Virus record (IMG/VR): IMGVR_UViG_3300024259_002152
Coordinates: 186,001-250,000 of that record
DNA: 64,000 nt
Strand: one strand, 5' to 3'
In this document: positions 54,011 to 62,537 of the stretch, piece after piece
Numbering within the stretch: position 1 is the stretch's first letter
How the letters are laid out: each line of letters opens with the position of its first letter
The notes under the pieces: generated by a model
Database searches by the model: none
Seen by the model: only the letters and a program-made list of their open reading frames with translations
What the model was told of the DNA's origin: nothing
Made by a program: the position numbers and the translations under genes

Positions 54011-55839
54011 TGGCTTTTGACAGATATGTAGAGGGGTTTGATCAGTGCGAGCCTCCTGTATGTCCAACGGATATAACGATTGAGATTATTAATGTTGTGT
54101 GTGTATCTAATACTTTATATGTTACATGGAGTATTGTAGATAATACCAGCCAGAATTTACTAGATAATCTTAATTCCAATGATCTGCTATGGTCTTGTGA
54201 TAATCAAGATTTTGATAATATTGTTTCTCCTGGATACTCTTCTACCAATATTTATACTGTTTCTTTTGATGTTTCCACTTGTGATGGAGTCATTTATTTA
54301 AAAGTAAAAGCAAAAATAGTTACTACTTTTTTTGAAAGTGGTATAGAAACATTTGATACATCGGGATGTATTGATGTTAGTAATCTAGCAGTTCCTGCAA
54401 TTTGGTGTGGAGATTGTCCTGATATAGTTTCTACTCCTCCTCCATATTTATTATATGTGAGATCTTCTACTGTCCCTTCGTACCCTACATATTTTGATTA
54501 CGGAGGTTTATGCTGGTATGTAAATAGCAGTAATAATGAGATTATGATAGAAGATTTACCAGTAGGGGCCATTTTGACTGGAGCAAGTGAAATATATTCA
54601 TCTTGTGAAGACTGTTGCTTACAATTAGATTGTCCTAGTCCTTGGGTAGAATTACCATCAGACATTCAAGCATTTAATGGAGAAAAGGTAGGAGTCTTTT
54701 ATTTTGAATATAAAACTTATCTCGTTGCTGATAGAATATATGTAGTTAGAAATTTTGATCCAGATGATTGTGATGCAGAAGGACCTTGGACTCCTCCGTC
54801 TGAAAAAATATTATTTGATACAGGTTGTGTAAGTACTAGTGCAGGTCCTTGTCCATCTTTTTTTGTAAGTGATCATTTGTGTTTAAGTTATGGTTCTTCT
54901 ACTTATGGTTTTTGCGTTCGGGTTAGGGAGAGCGAGTTACCTATAGGTCTTGTTAATGATTGTAACTGTAATGATGAGACTACAGATACTAATTGGGAAA
55001 TATGTAGTGTAGATCCTGATGGTGTTATCTCTAATTGGGAAGGTGGGAACGATTGTTTGTGTGAAGATGCCATGTCTTCCAGTAGTTCAAGTTCAAGTAT
55101 AAGCTCAAGCAGTTCAAGCAGTTCAAGTAGTTCAAGCAGTTCAAGTAGTTCAAGTTTGAGTAGCTCGAGTAGTTCTAGCTCGAGTAGTTCTAGTTCAAGC
55201 AGTTCTAGTTCAAGTAGTTCTAGTTCAAGCAGTTCTAGTTCAAGTAGCTCTAGTTCAAGTAGCTCTAGTTCTAGTAGCTCTAGTTCAAGTAGTTCTAGTT
55301 CAAGTAGTTCGAGTTCGAGTAGTTCGAGTTCGAGTAGTTCGAGTTCGAGTAGTTCGAGTTCGAGTAGTTTTAGTAGTTCGAGTTCAAGTAGTTCGAGTTC
55401 AAGTAGTTCGAGTTCAAGTAGTTCGAGTAGCTTAAGTTCGAGTAGTTCGAGTTCAAGTAGTTCGAGTAGCTCAAGTTCGAGTAGCTCAAGTCACGCTGCT
55501 GAGGGTTGTCCCGCTACGTGTGGAGATTGTAGCGAAACTTATAATGTAGAAATAACAGGTTTTACTACTAGTCCTGAGCATAATATTTCTACCACCGTTA
55601 CACGAATTAGTGGATGTCAATGGATAACTGCTGGGATGGGTTTCGGAATGGCAGGAGCAGCTATTGAATGTGCTGGAGGAGTATGGGTAGTGCGTGAATA
55701 TTATTTATTCCCATATGTAATGGCTATAATTCCATCTGGTACAGAACCTCTCGCTTATACTAATGATTGCCCTACTACTAATTCTCCATATAACTTACTA
55801 AGTGCCATAGGAGATACTGGGATAGCAACGGTATCTTAA
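54010..55839 (+). CDS. Cys-rich protein with poly-Ser tract and unique C-terminal tip (paralogue A2)
   Basis: First 56 nt identical to A1; same Cys framework; different ~115-aa tip. Confidence 0.8.
   Translation: MAFDRYVEGFDQCEPPVCPTDITIEIINVVCVSNTLYVTWSIVDNTSQNLLDNLNSNDLLWSCDNQDFDNIVSPGYSSTNIYTVSFDVSTCDGVIYLKVKAKIVTTFFESGIETFDTSGCIDVSNLAVPAIWCGDCPDIVSTPPPYLLYVRSSTVPSYPTYFDYGGLCWYVNSSNNEIMIEDLPVGAILTGASEIYSSCEDCCLQLDCPSPWVELPSDIQAFNGEKVGVFYFEYKTYLVADRIYVVRNFDPDDCDAEGPWTPPSEKILFDTGCVSTSAGPCPSFFVSDHLCLSYGSSTYGFCVRVRESELPIGLVNDCNCNDETTDTNWEICSVDPDGVISNWEGGNDCLCEDAMSSSSSSSSISSSSSSSSSSSSSSSSSSLSSSSSSSSSSSSSSSSSSSSSSSSSSSSSSSSSSSSSSSSSSSSSSSSSSSSSSSSSSSSSSSSSSSSSSFSSSSSSSSSSSSSSSSSSSSLSSSSSSSSSSSSSSSSSSSHAAEGCPATCGDCSETYNVEITGFTTSPEHNISTTVTRISGCQWITAGMGFGMAGAAIECAGGVWVVREYYLFPYVMAIIPSGTEPLAYTNDCPTTNSPYNLLSAIGDTGIATVS
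55075..55491 (+). repeat. Poly-Ser coding tract (139 codons, 135 Ser by hand count)
   Basis: AGT/AGC-TCN mosaic with I, L, F, L interruptions. Confidence 0.95.
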
Positions 55840-55880
55840 AAGATAAAAAGGAAAAATTGTACAAAATGAGGAACAAAAAT

Positions 55881-55920
55881 ATGTTAGACTGTTAAATAAA
55901 AACAGAAAATGGTAATATTT
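55881..55920 (+). pseudogene. 5' remnant of a second copy of the glycosyltransferase gene
   Basis: ATGTTAGACTGTTAAATAAAAACAGAAAATGGTAATATTT vs 52328 ATGTTAGATTGTCAAGTAATAACAGAAAACGATGATATCT: 32/40 identical, MLDC*IKTENGNI vs MLDCQVITENDDI. Confidence 0.65.
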
Positions 55921-55946
55921 GAGAAATAAAAAAGGAACAAAATATT

Positions 55947-56996
55947 ATGACTTTTAATAGATATACAGAAGGATTTGATCAATGCGGACCGCCATCATGT
56001 CCTGAGGATGTGATAGTAGAAATTACAAATAAGACATGCACTAATGATAACACATTGCATATAGAATGGACTGTCGTAGACAGGTATAACAGAAATCTAG
56101 ATCTAAATTCTGTTTTATGGTCTTGTGATAATCAGAATTTTAATAATACTTCTTACCCAGAAAATGATTTTCAGCCATATGAAACTTCTTTTGATGTTTC
56201 TAGTTGTGAAGGTATTATTTATTTAAAAGCAAAGGTAAGAATTGGTACAACTCTTATAGAAAGTAAGGTAGAAACATGCGATACGGCTTTGTGTGATACA
56301 ATTAGTAATCTAGCAGTTCCTGCAATTTGGTGTGGAGATTGTCCTGATACTGTTTCTAATCCTCCTTTATACTTATTGTATGTGAGATCTATGACTGTCC
56401 CTTCATATCCTGCATATTTTGATTACGGAGGGTTTTGCTGGCATTTAACTAATGATAATAACGAGGTATCTACGGATGATTTACCAGAAGGGGCTATTTT
56501 AACTGATATAGATACCTCTTATCTATATTGCAATGATTGTTGTTTAAAATTAGATTGTCCCAGTTCGTGGGTGGAGTTGTCGGCTGATGCCCAAGAAACC
56601 CCAGGAGAAAGGGTGGGAGTTTTTTACTTTGAATATCAAACGACTATTTGTCCTGATAGATTTTATGTTATTAAGAATTTTGTGGATAGTGATTGCACTG
56701 CTGCGGGGGCATGGACTCCAGAGTCAGATAAAATATTATTTGATACGGGTTGTATCGCAACTAGTTTAGAAGAGGGTCCATCATTTTTTGCTGGTAATCA
56801 TTTATGTTTAGATTATGGAGAGCCCACATATGGTTTTTGTTTAACTGTTAGAGAGGGAGATTTACCTATAGGTATTGTTAATGATTGCGATTGTTCAGAT
56901 AATTGCAATACTACTTGGAAAATATGTAGTGTAGATCCTGATGGTAGCATTCTTAATTGGGAAGGTAGTAATGAATGTCTATGTGAGGAAATTTAG
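55947..56996 (+). CDS. Cys-rich paralogue A3 lacking the Ser tract and tip
   Basis: MTFNRYTEGFDQCGPPSCP; 25 Cys by hand count; ends CLCEEI* exactly where A1/A2 enter poly-Ser. Confidence 0.8.
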   Translation: MTFNRYTEGFDQCGPPSCPEDVIVEITNKTCTNDNTLHIEWTVVDRYNRNLDLNSVLWSCDNQNFNNTSYPENDFQPYETSFDVSSCEGIIYLKAKVRIGTTLIESKVETCDTALCDTISNLAVPAIWCGDCPDTVSNPPLYLLYVRSMTVPSYPAYFDYGGFCWHLTNDNNEVSTDDLPEGAILTDIDTSYLYCNDCCLKLDCPSSWVELSADAQETPGERVGVFYFEYQTTICPDRFYVIKNFVDSDCTAAGAWTPESDKILFDTGCIATSLEEGPSFFAGNHLCLDYGEPTYGFCLTVREGDLPIGIVNDCDCSDNCNTTWKICSVDPDGSILNWEGSNECLCEEI

Positions 56997-57019
56997 GTTT
57001 TCACTAGTTAAAAAATATT

Positions 57020-57385
57020 ATGGAGTATCAAACAATGACGTTTAAAAATATATGTAAAAATTATTTTGATAGGAATAAAAAATATCTGCTATCAGATCAC
57101 ATTATTTACGAGATGAATGGGGCTGTGTTATGTAAGACAAGCAATGCTATTTTTGATTTTCATGAAATAGCAATAAAAAATATTATAGATTATTGCAAAG
57201 AGGCAGGATATGAAAAAATAGATAAAGTAGTTTTTGTTTCTTCTTATGATGTAGATATTGTTGAAGATGCTCCCAAATTACAACTAAAAATGCAAGCTGA
57301 TTCTAAAATAAGTATAATAAAAGAAAATGACAGATTTATAGCAATGGTTTGTATTGGAGAATGGGTGGAGATTAATGAAAAATAA
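57020..57385 (+). CDS. Hypothetical protein
   Basis: 121-aa ORF. Confidence 0.55.
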   Translation: MEYQTMTFKNICKNYFDRNKKYLLSDHIIYEMNGAVLCKTSNAIFDFHEIAIKNIIDYCKEAGYEKIDKVVFVSSYDVDIVEDAPKLQLKMQADSKISIIKENDRFIAMVCIGEWVEINEK

Positions 57386-59459
57386 TATAAAACAGAGTAT
57401 ATTCTTAGTGGGTTTTTTAATCATTTTTATTTCTTTTGTGCTGTCATGGAGGGTATTGACTTATAAAAAACTAGAAAATACTATTGTATTGAATACTCAA
57501 GAGAGGCTAGTGACTGTCGTTGAATCGGAATCAGTAATTATCAGTCAATTGATAAATAATTATTTTGTAGAGGACGATTGGTTGGCATTTATGAATGATT
57601 TCAATGGGAGAACGGGAAAAATAGGAAAAGATGGATATATGTGGATAATAGATGATAAGGGAATAGTAAAATATCATCCATATCAACAATACATCGGTAA
57701 AAGTGCAATTATTTTAAGAAGGAATATATTGGATGATGGAGGTTGTAAGAATTTTGAAGATATTATTGGTAGAATGAAAAGAGGAGAAAAAGGATATGGA
57801 GATTATACATCTATTTGGAGCAATAAAGATCAAAAAAAAGTGAAAAAAATAGTAGCATTTTGCCCTCTTGAAGTAAATAAAAACAAATGGTCGATTGCTG
57901 TTTCTATTGGTTATGTGGAGATCTCGTCTCCTATAGTCATAAATAAATATATGGATATTTTCGGCGTAATTGTTATATTTATTTTTACTTGTATTGTGGG
58001 TTATATTTTTTATAAGAAACAAAAGAAAATAGATGAAACAAGTATATTTGTTCAAACAGAACACGAGTTAAGGGAAAGTAAAGATTTTATAAGAAGAGTT
58101 ATTGATACTATTCCTCTTTTAGTTTTTGTAAAAGATTATGAGGGACATTACATATTAGCTAATCAAACATTGGCAGACATGCTAGGCGTAACAGTAGAAA
58201 AAATAGAGGGGAAAAAAGACATCGATTTCATGGGTAGCACTGAGGTTGAGGAAGCAAATCGGTATACAGATGCAGATAAAAAAGTCATTACAACTCAGGA
58301 AGAGATGCATATTTATGAAGAAAAATCTACGGACTCTAAGGGCAATATCGTATATTTTAACACAATAAAATATCCTTTAACTATTGGGGAGAAATCTGAT
58401 TACGTTCTAGGAGTATCTACTAATATCACAGAAAGAAAAATGGCAGAAGAGAAAATAGAGTCTTTGGCAAAATTTCCAGGAGAAAATAGCAATCCAGTGT
58501 TGAGAATAGATCATGATGGCAAACTTATTTATGCTAATAATGCTAGTGAAGCTTTATTAGAACTATGGGGTAGTAACGTGGGAGGATATGTGCCATCATC
58601 TTTTACTCATATAATAAAAGAGTGTTTGTTAGAGCATATAGTAAAAACTAAAGATATAAAAATTAATGGTAATATTTTGACATTGAGTTTCACTCCTATC
58701 CGTGATGATTATATTAATATTTATGGATCAGATATCACAGACATAAAAGCAGCAGAAGAAGAATTGAGAAAAGCAAACGAGGGGTTAGAGGAATTTGCTT
58801 ATATTACTTCTCATGATTTACAAGAACCATTAAGAACTGTTTTTGCATATTCTCAGTTATTGAAAAATTCTTGTTACGATAGATTGAGTGAAGAAGAACA
58901 AAAATTTCTTAACTATTTAATGAGCGGCAGCCAACGGATGAAGATACTTGTAAAAGAGTTGCTTGATTACTCAAGAGTTGGGAAAAGTCGAGATGCATCA
59001 GGAATTGAAAGAGTGAATATAGGGATGTTATTGGATGAGATCTTTGAAGACTCTCAAGTATATATTAAAGAAACAAATGCTATTATTACTGTTCAAAAAC
59101 ATATGCCTACAATTATTGGTTCTCGTTTGAGAATAAAACAGTTATTTCATAATCTAATTAGTAATGCATTGAAATTTAGAGGACAACAACAACCTATCAT
59201 AAAAATAGGTTATCGCGAGTTAGATGATGCAAATTATTGGGAGTTTTATGTTGAAGATAATGGGATAGGAATTGATCCTCAATTTCATGATCGTATTTTT
59301 GGTATTTTTAAAAGGTTGTATTCTAGAGAAGAATATCCTGGAACAGGTATAGGATTAGCTTTGTGTAAAAAGATTGTAGAAACTCATGCAGGTGATATAT
59401 GGGTAGAGTCTGAAGCGAATAAAGGGACTATAATCTATTTTACAATTGCTAAATCATAA
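57375..59459 (+). CDS. Membrane sensor histidine kinase (TM-Cache-TM-PAS-PAS-HisKA-HATPase)
   Basis: Two hydrophobic segments; GYMWIIDDKGIVKYHP; EEFAYITSHDLQEPLR; NLISNALKF; DNGIGID; GTGIGLALCKKIV. Confidence 0.92.
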   Translation: MKNNIKQSIFLVGFLIIFISFVLSWRVLTYKKLENTIVLNTQERLVTVVESESVIISQLINNYFVEDDWLAFMNDFNGRTGKIGKDGYMWIIDDKGIVKYHPYQQYIGKSAIILRRNILDDGGCKNFEDIIGRMKRGEKGYGDYTSIWSNKDQKKVKKIVAFCPLEVNKNKWSIAVSIGYVEISSPIVINKYMDIFGVIVIFIFTCIVGYIFYKKQKKIDETSIFVQTEHELRESKDFIRRVIDTIPLLVFVKDYEGHYILANQTLADMLGVTVEKIEGKKDIDFMGSTEVEEANRYTDADKKVITTQEEMHIYEEKSTDSKGNIVYFNTIKYPLTIGEKSDYVLGVSTNITERKMAEEKIESLAKFPGENSNPVLRIDHDGKLIYANNASEALLELWGSNVGGYVPSSFTHIIKECLLEHIVKTKDIKINGNILTLSFTPIRDDYINIYGSDITDIKAAEEELRKANEGLEEFAYITSHDLQEPLRTVFAYSQLLKNSCYDRLSEEEQKFLNYLMSGSQRMKILVKELLDYSRVGKSRDASGIERVNIGMLLDEIFEDSQVYIKETNAIITVQKHMPTIIGSRLRIKQLFHNLISNALKFRGQQQPIIKIGYRELDDANYWEFYVEDNGIGIDPQFHDRIFGIFKRLYSREEYPGTGIGLALCKKIVETHAGDIWVESEANKGTIIYFTIAKS

Positions 59460-59509
59460 GGGTATTATATGTAATAACTTATAGTAAATAAAGTTTATTA
59501 TTTTTTATG

Positions 59510-59537
59510 TTGAAAAGTGAAAGTGTAGTGGTATAAT
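59510..59537 (+). promoter_or_regulatory. Sigma70-type promoter, motif copy 5
   Basis: TTGAAA-AGTGAAAGTGTAGTGG-TATAAT with an AT-rich upstream tract. Confidence 0.78.
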
Positions 59538-59572
59538 ATTTTTATTAAAGTATTTTGCTGTTGTTTGTCGAA

Positions 59573-59625
59573 TAGTAAGATAGTTAGTTTAGTTTAGTCT
59601 AGTTTAGTTTAGTAAGGAGTTACAA
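59573..59625 (+). repeat. (T)TTAG tandem-repeat leader running into the SD
   Basis: TAG TTAG TTTAG TTTAG TCTAG TTTAG TTTAG TAAGGAGTTACAA-ATG. Confidence 0.9.
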
Positions 59626-60243
59626 ATGAAAAAAAACAAGGCGGAATTAGTGTTTATTGTGGACCGTTCCGGCTCCATGATGTCAATTGCTTCTGATATG
59701 CAGGGAGCAATCAAGTCAGTTCTATCAGACCAAAAGAAAAACCTCAAAGGTGATATAAATGTGACCTTTGTACGTTTTGACTCTGAATACGAGGAAGTAT
59801 TCAGTGGTCGATCTATCAATGATGTTTCTGAAACGGATTTAGAAATTAATCCAAGAGGAATGACATCTTTGTTGGATGCAATGGGAAAAACTCTTAATAC
59901 TTTTGAAAGAAGATTTTCTGAAACAGATGAGAAGAATAGGCCTAAGAGGGTTTTATTCCTTATTATTACTGATGGACAAGAAAATAATAGCAAAGAGTAT
60001 TCGAGAGATAAAGTTTTTGGCATGATTAAAACTTTGGAAAGAGATCACGAATGGGGATTTACTTTTATTGGTGCTAACCAAGATGCTATTTCTGAAGGTA
60101 GTAGTATTGGTGTAGCAAGAGGAAAATCTCTTAATTATGCAGCTTCGACGAAGGGAGTTAGGTGTATGGCACGATCTGTTAGTAATTTTACAGCAGATTA
60201 TCTTGAGAGTGGTGATGCAAGTTACTCTGACGGTGATGAGTAA
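59626..60243 (+). CDS. von Willebrand factor A domain protein
   Basis: VDRSGSM (DxSxS MIDAS), PRGMTSLLDA, ITDGQENNSKEY, FTFIGANQDA. Confidence 0.9.
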   Translation: MKKNKAELVFIVDRSGSMMSIASDMQGAIKSVLSDQKKNLKGDINVTFVRFDSEYEEVFSGRSINDVSETDLEINPRGMTSLLDAMGKTLNTFERRFSETDEKNRPKRVLFLIITDGQENNSKEYSRDKVFGMIKTLERDHEWGFTFIGANQDAISEGSSIGVARGKSLNYAASTKGVRCMARSVSNFTADYLESGDASYSDGDE

Positions 60244-60245
60244 TT

Positions 60246-60283
60246 TTTAGTTTAGTTTAGTTTAGTTTAGTAAGGAGTTACAA
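60246..60283 (+). repeat. (TTTAG)5 leader plus identical TAAGGAGTTACAA SD block
   Basis: Shares 29 bp AGTTTAGTTTAGTAAGGAGTTACAAATGA with 59601-59629. Confidence 0.9.
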
Positions 60284-61153
60284 ATGAGTTATGATCAGAA
60301 AATCCAGTCCGCTCGTAAAGTCATTGACGAGCATAATGCAAATGCTGACAATCAAATCAATTTTGAGGAATTTACCAAAAAGCTTATTAATTTGGGAGGT
60401 TCTTCAGAAGAATCTCTAAAAGCAGTGAGTTGGGAAGATTTACAAGATTGTGGACTTCCTAAAATTATTGCTAGGAGATTAACATTTCTCTTCAGGCAAG
60501 ATTCCGACAATGAGGGAGGTAAATCTACTTATGTCTCTGAAAAGAAAGTTGGAACACTTTCTTATAGGGAGTTAGTAGAACGCTACAATCCAAAAGATGT
60601 TAAAAATCCTGTGGGCAAAAGATTAAAAGATCTTTCGGATAACAAGAAGTTTATTGTTTTCGATGATAATAGTAAAGTTATTATTGATGAAACAATAAGG
60701 TTGCTGGAAGATATTGTTAATGGGTTGCCTGAAGTAGAAACGGCTTTTGTGAATAAAAGACCTCTTCAAACCTATAGCGTTGGAGAGCGTCCTGATTTTT
60801 ATGCAGAAGAAAATCCGATTTATCCTGGGAGAGCATTACGTTCTAATGAAACGTGCGATCAAACAGGGCGTTCTTGGCAAGGGGTTTCTATAGAAATCCG
60901 TCAATTACTATATTTGGCTATTGACACAGATGAATTTGTCATTTCGTCTGTATCGGATGCTCACGATATCTTAGATAAAGTTTTATCAAAAGAGTGCTCT
61001 TTTGATAGGTTGAGAGGAAGATATCCTGAAGCATCTAAGGCTTTTGATGAGGCTAGTAAAATCGGGACACTTCCTCTTCTGAAAATCAAAATAGGGGATC
61101 ACGGAAGTGCAGAAAAAGGTAATAATCCTTTTGGTAGGAACACTATCTATTAA
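60284..61153 (+). CDS. Hypothetical protein, possible SAM/HhH-like helical motif
   Basis: SWEDLQDCGLPKIIARRL. Confidence 0.55.
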   Translation: MSYDQKIQSARKVIDEHNANADNQINFEEFTKKLINLGGSSEESLKAVSWEDLQDCGLPKIIARRLTFLFRQDSDNEGGKSTYVSEKKVGTLSYRELVERYNPKDVKNPVGKRLKDLSDNKKFIVFDDNSKVIIDETIRLLEDIVNGLPEVETAFVNKRPLQTYSVGERPDFYAEENPIYPGRALRSNETCDQTGRSWQGVSIEIRQLLYLAIDTDEFVISSVSDAHDILDKVLSKECSFDRLRGRYPEASKAFDEASKIGTLPLLKIKIGDHGSAEKGNNPFGRNTIY

Positions 61154-61164
61154 TATTAATTATG

Positions 61165-61195
61165 GGTGGGCAGCTTAGGTTGCCCACCTTTATTT
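61165..61195 (+). terminator. Intrinsic terminator-like hairpin with TTAG loop
   Basis: GGTGGGCAGC-[TTAG]-GTTGCCCACC-TTTATTT. Confidence 0.7.
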
Positions 61196-61207
61196 AGGAG
61201 ATATAAT

Positions 61208-62467
61208 ATGTCACAAGAAATGTCAGTAAAACAAGATTTAAAATGTATTTTTAATATGCCTGAGCAATTAAATAGCTCGTTTGATAGAGATCAAGAGGAA
61301 TTTCATAGTCTACCTCCTCATGCTCCCGTAGATGTTTATCCTGTAGATGAATATGAAAGTTGCCCCGCAAATTGGACACATGGTTCTGATGTGGCAAGTA
61401 GTTATTTTGTTGGAGTAAAAGAAAAACATGGCATGTGGTTAGATTTTAATGAGTGTTTTTATCATACTCATGATGTCGCGATTGTTATTTCAATTCAAGG
61501 TATTAATCCAATAACAGGACAAAAGATGGTAGCAGAAAAAGCTCTAAAGTTGGAGCAATATCATAAAAAATGTCCTATTCATAATGTTGATTATAAACAA
61601 GATAGATATTGTGAGAAGTGTGGGTTCAAATGGCCAGGACAAAATTATCTTGCCACCACAGGAACACCTGAAATGATGTTGTGGTTAGATGGTTTTAGAA
61701 CTCCAGAAGGAACAGTAAGGCAATACATTTTTACAGAAGATGAAATCAGGGGAGTGGCTTCTCAATTAATTGGTAAAGAAAGAGTATTTGCCATAGGTAT
61801 TGCTTATTATCTGAGTAAAAATAAAAAACCTTATACCCTACAACGTCCTGAAGAAAGAGTATTTACAGATAGTTATGCAGGACGTAAGTTTTTTAGTCCT
61901 ATGCATACCTCGGGGAATTGGAGTAAGGCTGCTCGCATCGGTGCGAGTGGATGTGATTCTAAGTCCTCGGGTTCTGATATAAAGATGGAGGCACTTGATC
62001 TATCTGATGAAATATCCATGCTTTTTGATGATTCTCCGAGTTATACAGAATCTTTAGGTGTAGATGATTCTGATATGATGATAGGAGCTTCAGATAATGA
62101 TGATTTATCGACCAACGGATTATTGAAGGGGATAATTACCCCTGATGCGGGAGATGATGGAGATAGAGCTACGGTTTGTACTGTGAACGGTTCGGCAATG
62201 CCTTCTTCCTCTACTCCTACTTCGAGTTCTGCTTTGAGACAAAGAAAGTCCATTACTCCTGTCAAGCAATTAGAGATAGGCGCAGGAGCATTAATACAAC
62301 AACGTGTTTATGATGATCCTAAGGTATTGACTTATTGGGAAGAAAAACCTGCTGGTATGATTTATATCAATTACTGCGATGAAGAAACAAAGAAACGAAT
62401 TTTAGATGCTGGTAGAAGAGCAGATGAAAAAGACGGATTTATGCAGGATATTAAAGTAGGTGGATGA
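61208..62467 (+). CDS. Conserved-looking hypothetical protein with a low-complexity middle
   Basis: GMWLDF...QGINPITG, WLDGFRTPEGTVRQY, IGAGALIQQRVYDD...W; AGGAG SD before ATG 61208. Confidence 0.6.
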   Translation: MSQEMSVKQDLKCIFNMPEQLNSSFDRDQEEFHSLPPHAPVDVYPVDEYESCPANWTHGSDVASSYFVGVKEKHGMWLDFNECFYHTHDVAIVISIQGINPITGQKMVAEKALKLEQYHKKCPIHNVDYKQDRYCEKCGFKWPGQNYLATTGTPEMMLWLDGFRTPEGTVRQYIFTEDEIRGVASQLIGKERVFAIGIAYYLSKNKKPYTLQRPEERVFTDSYAGRKFFSPMHTSGNWSKAARIGASGCDSKSSGSDIKMEALDLSDEISMLFDDSPSYTESLGVDDSDMMIGASDNDDLSTNGLLKGIITPDAGDDGDRATVCTVNGSAMPSSSTPTSSSALRQRKSITPVKQLEIGAGALIQQRVYDDPKVLTYWEEKPAGMIYINYCDEETKKRILDAGRRADEKDGFMQDIKVGG

Positions 62468-62494
62468 TAGGGCTCAATAGAGAGAGCAGGACAT

Positions 62495-62537
62495 AAAGGG
62501 ACTATTTTTTACATAATGTGGGAATAGTCCCTTTTAT
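62495..62537. terminator. Bidirectional terminator between convergent genes
   Basis: AAAGGGACTATT (62495-62506) / AATAGTCCCTTT (62523-62534). Confidence 0.72.

Noticed and set aside
50722-56996. Diversity-generating retroelement (TR/VR pair) among the paralogues
   Set aside because: Differences inspected are mostly synonymous third-position changes of all types rather than adenine-specific, and no reverse transcriptase is in the window.
59581-60270. TTTAG repeats as telomere-like or replication-origin iterons
   Set aside because: Only 5-7 units, both fixed directly against an SD and start codon, which fits a leader function better.
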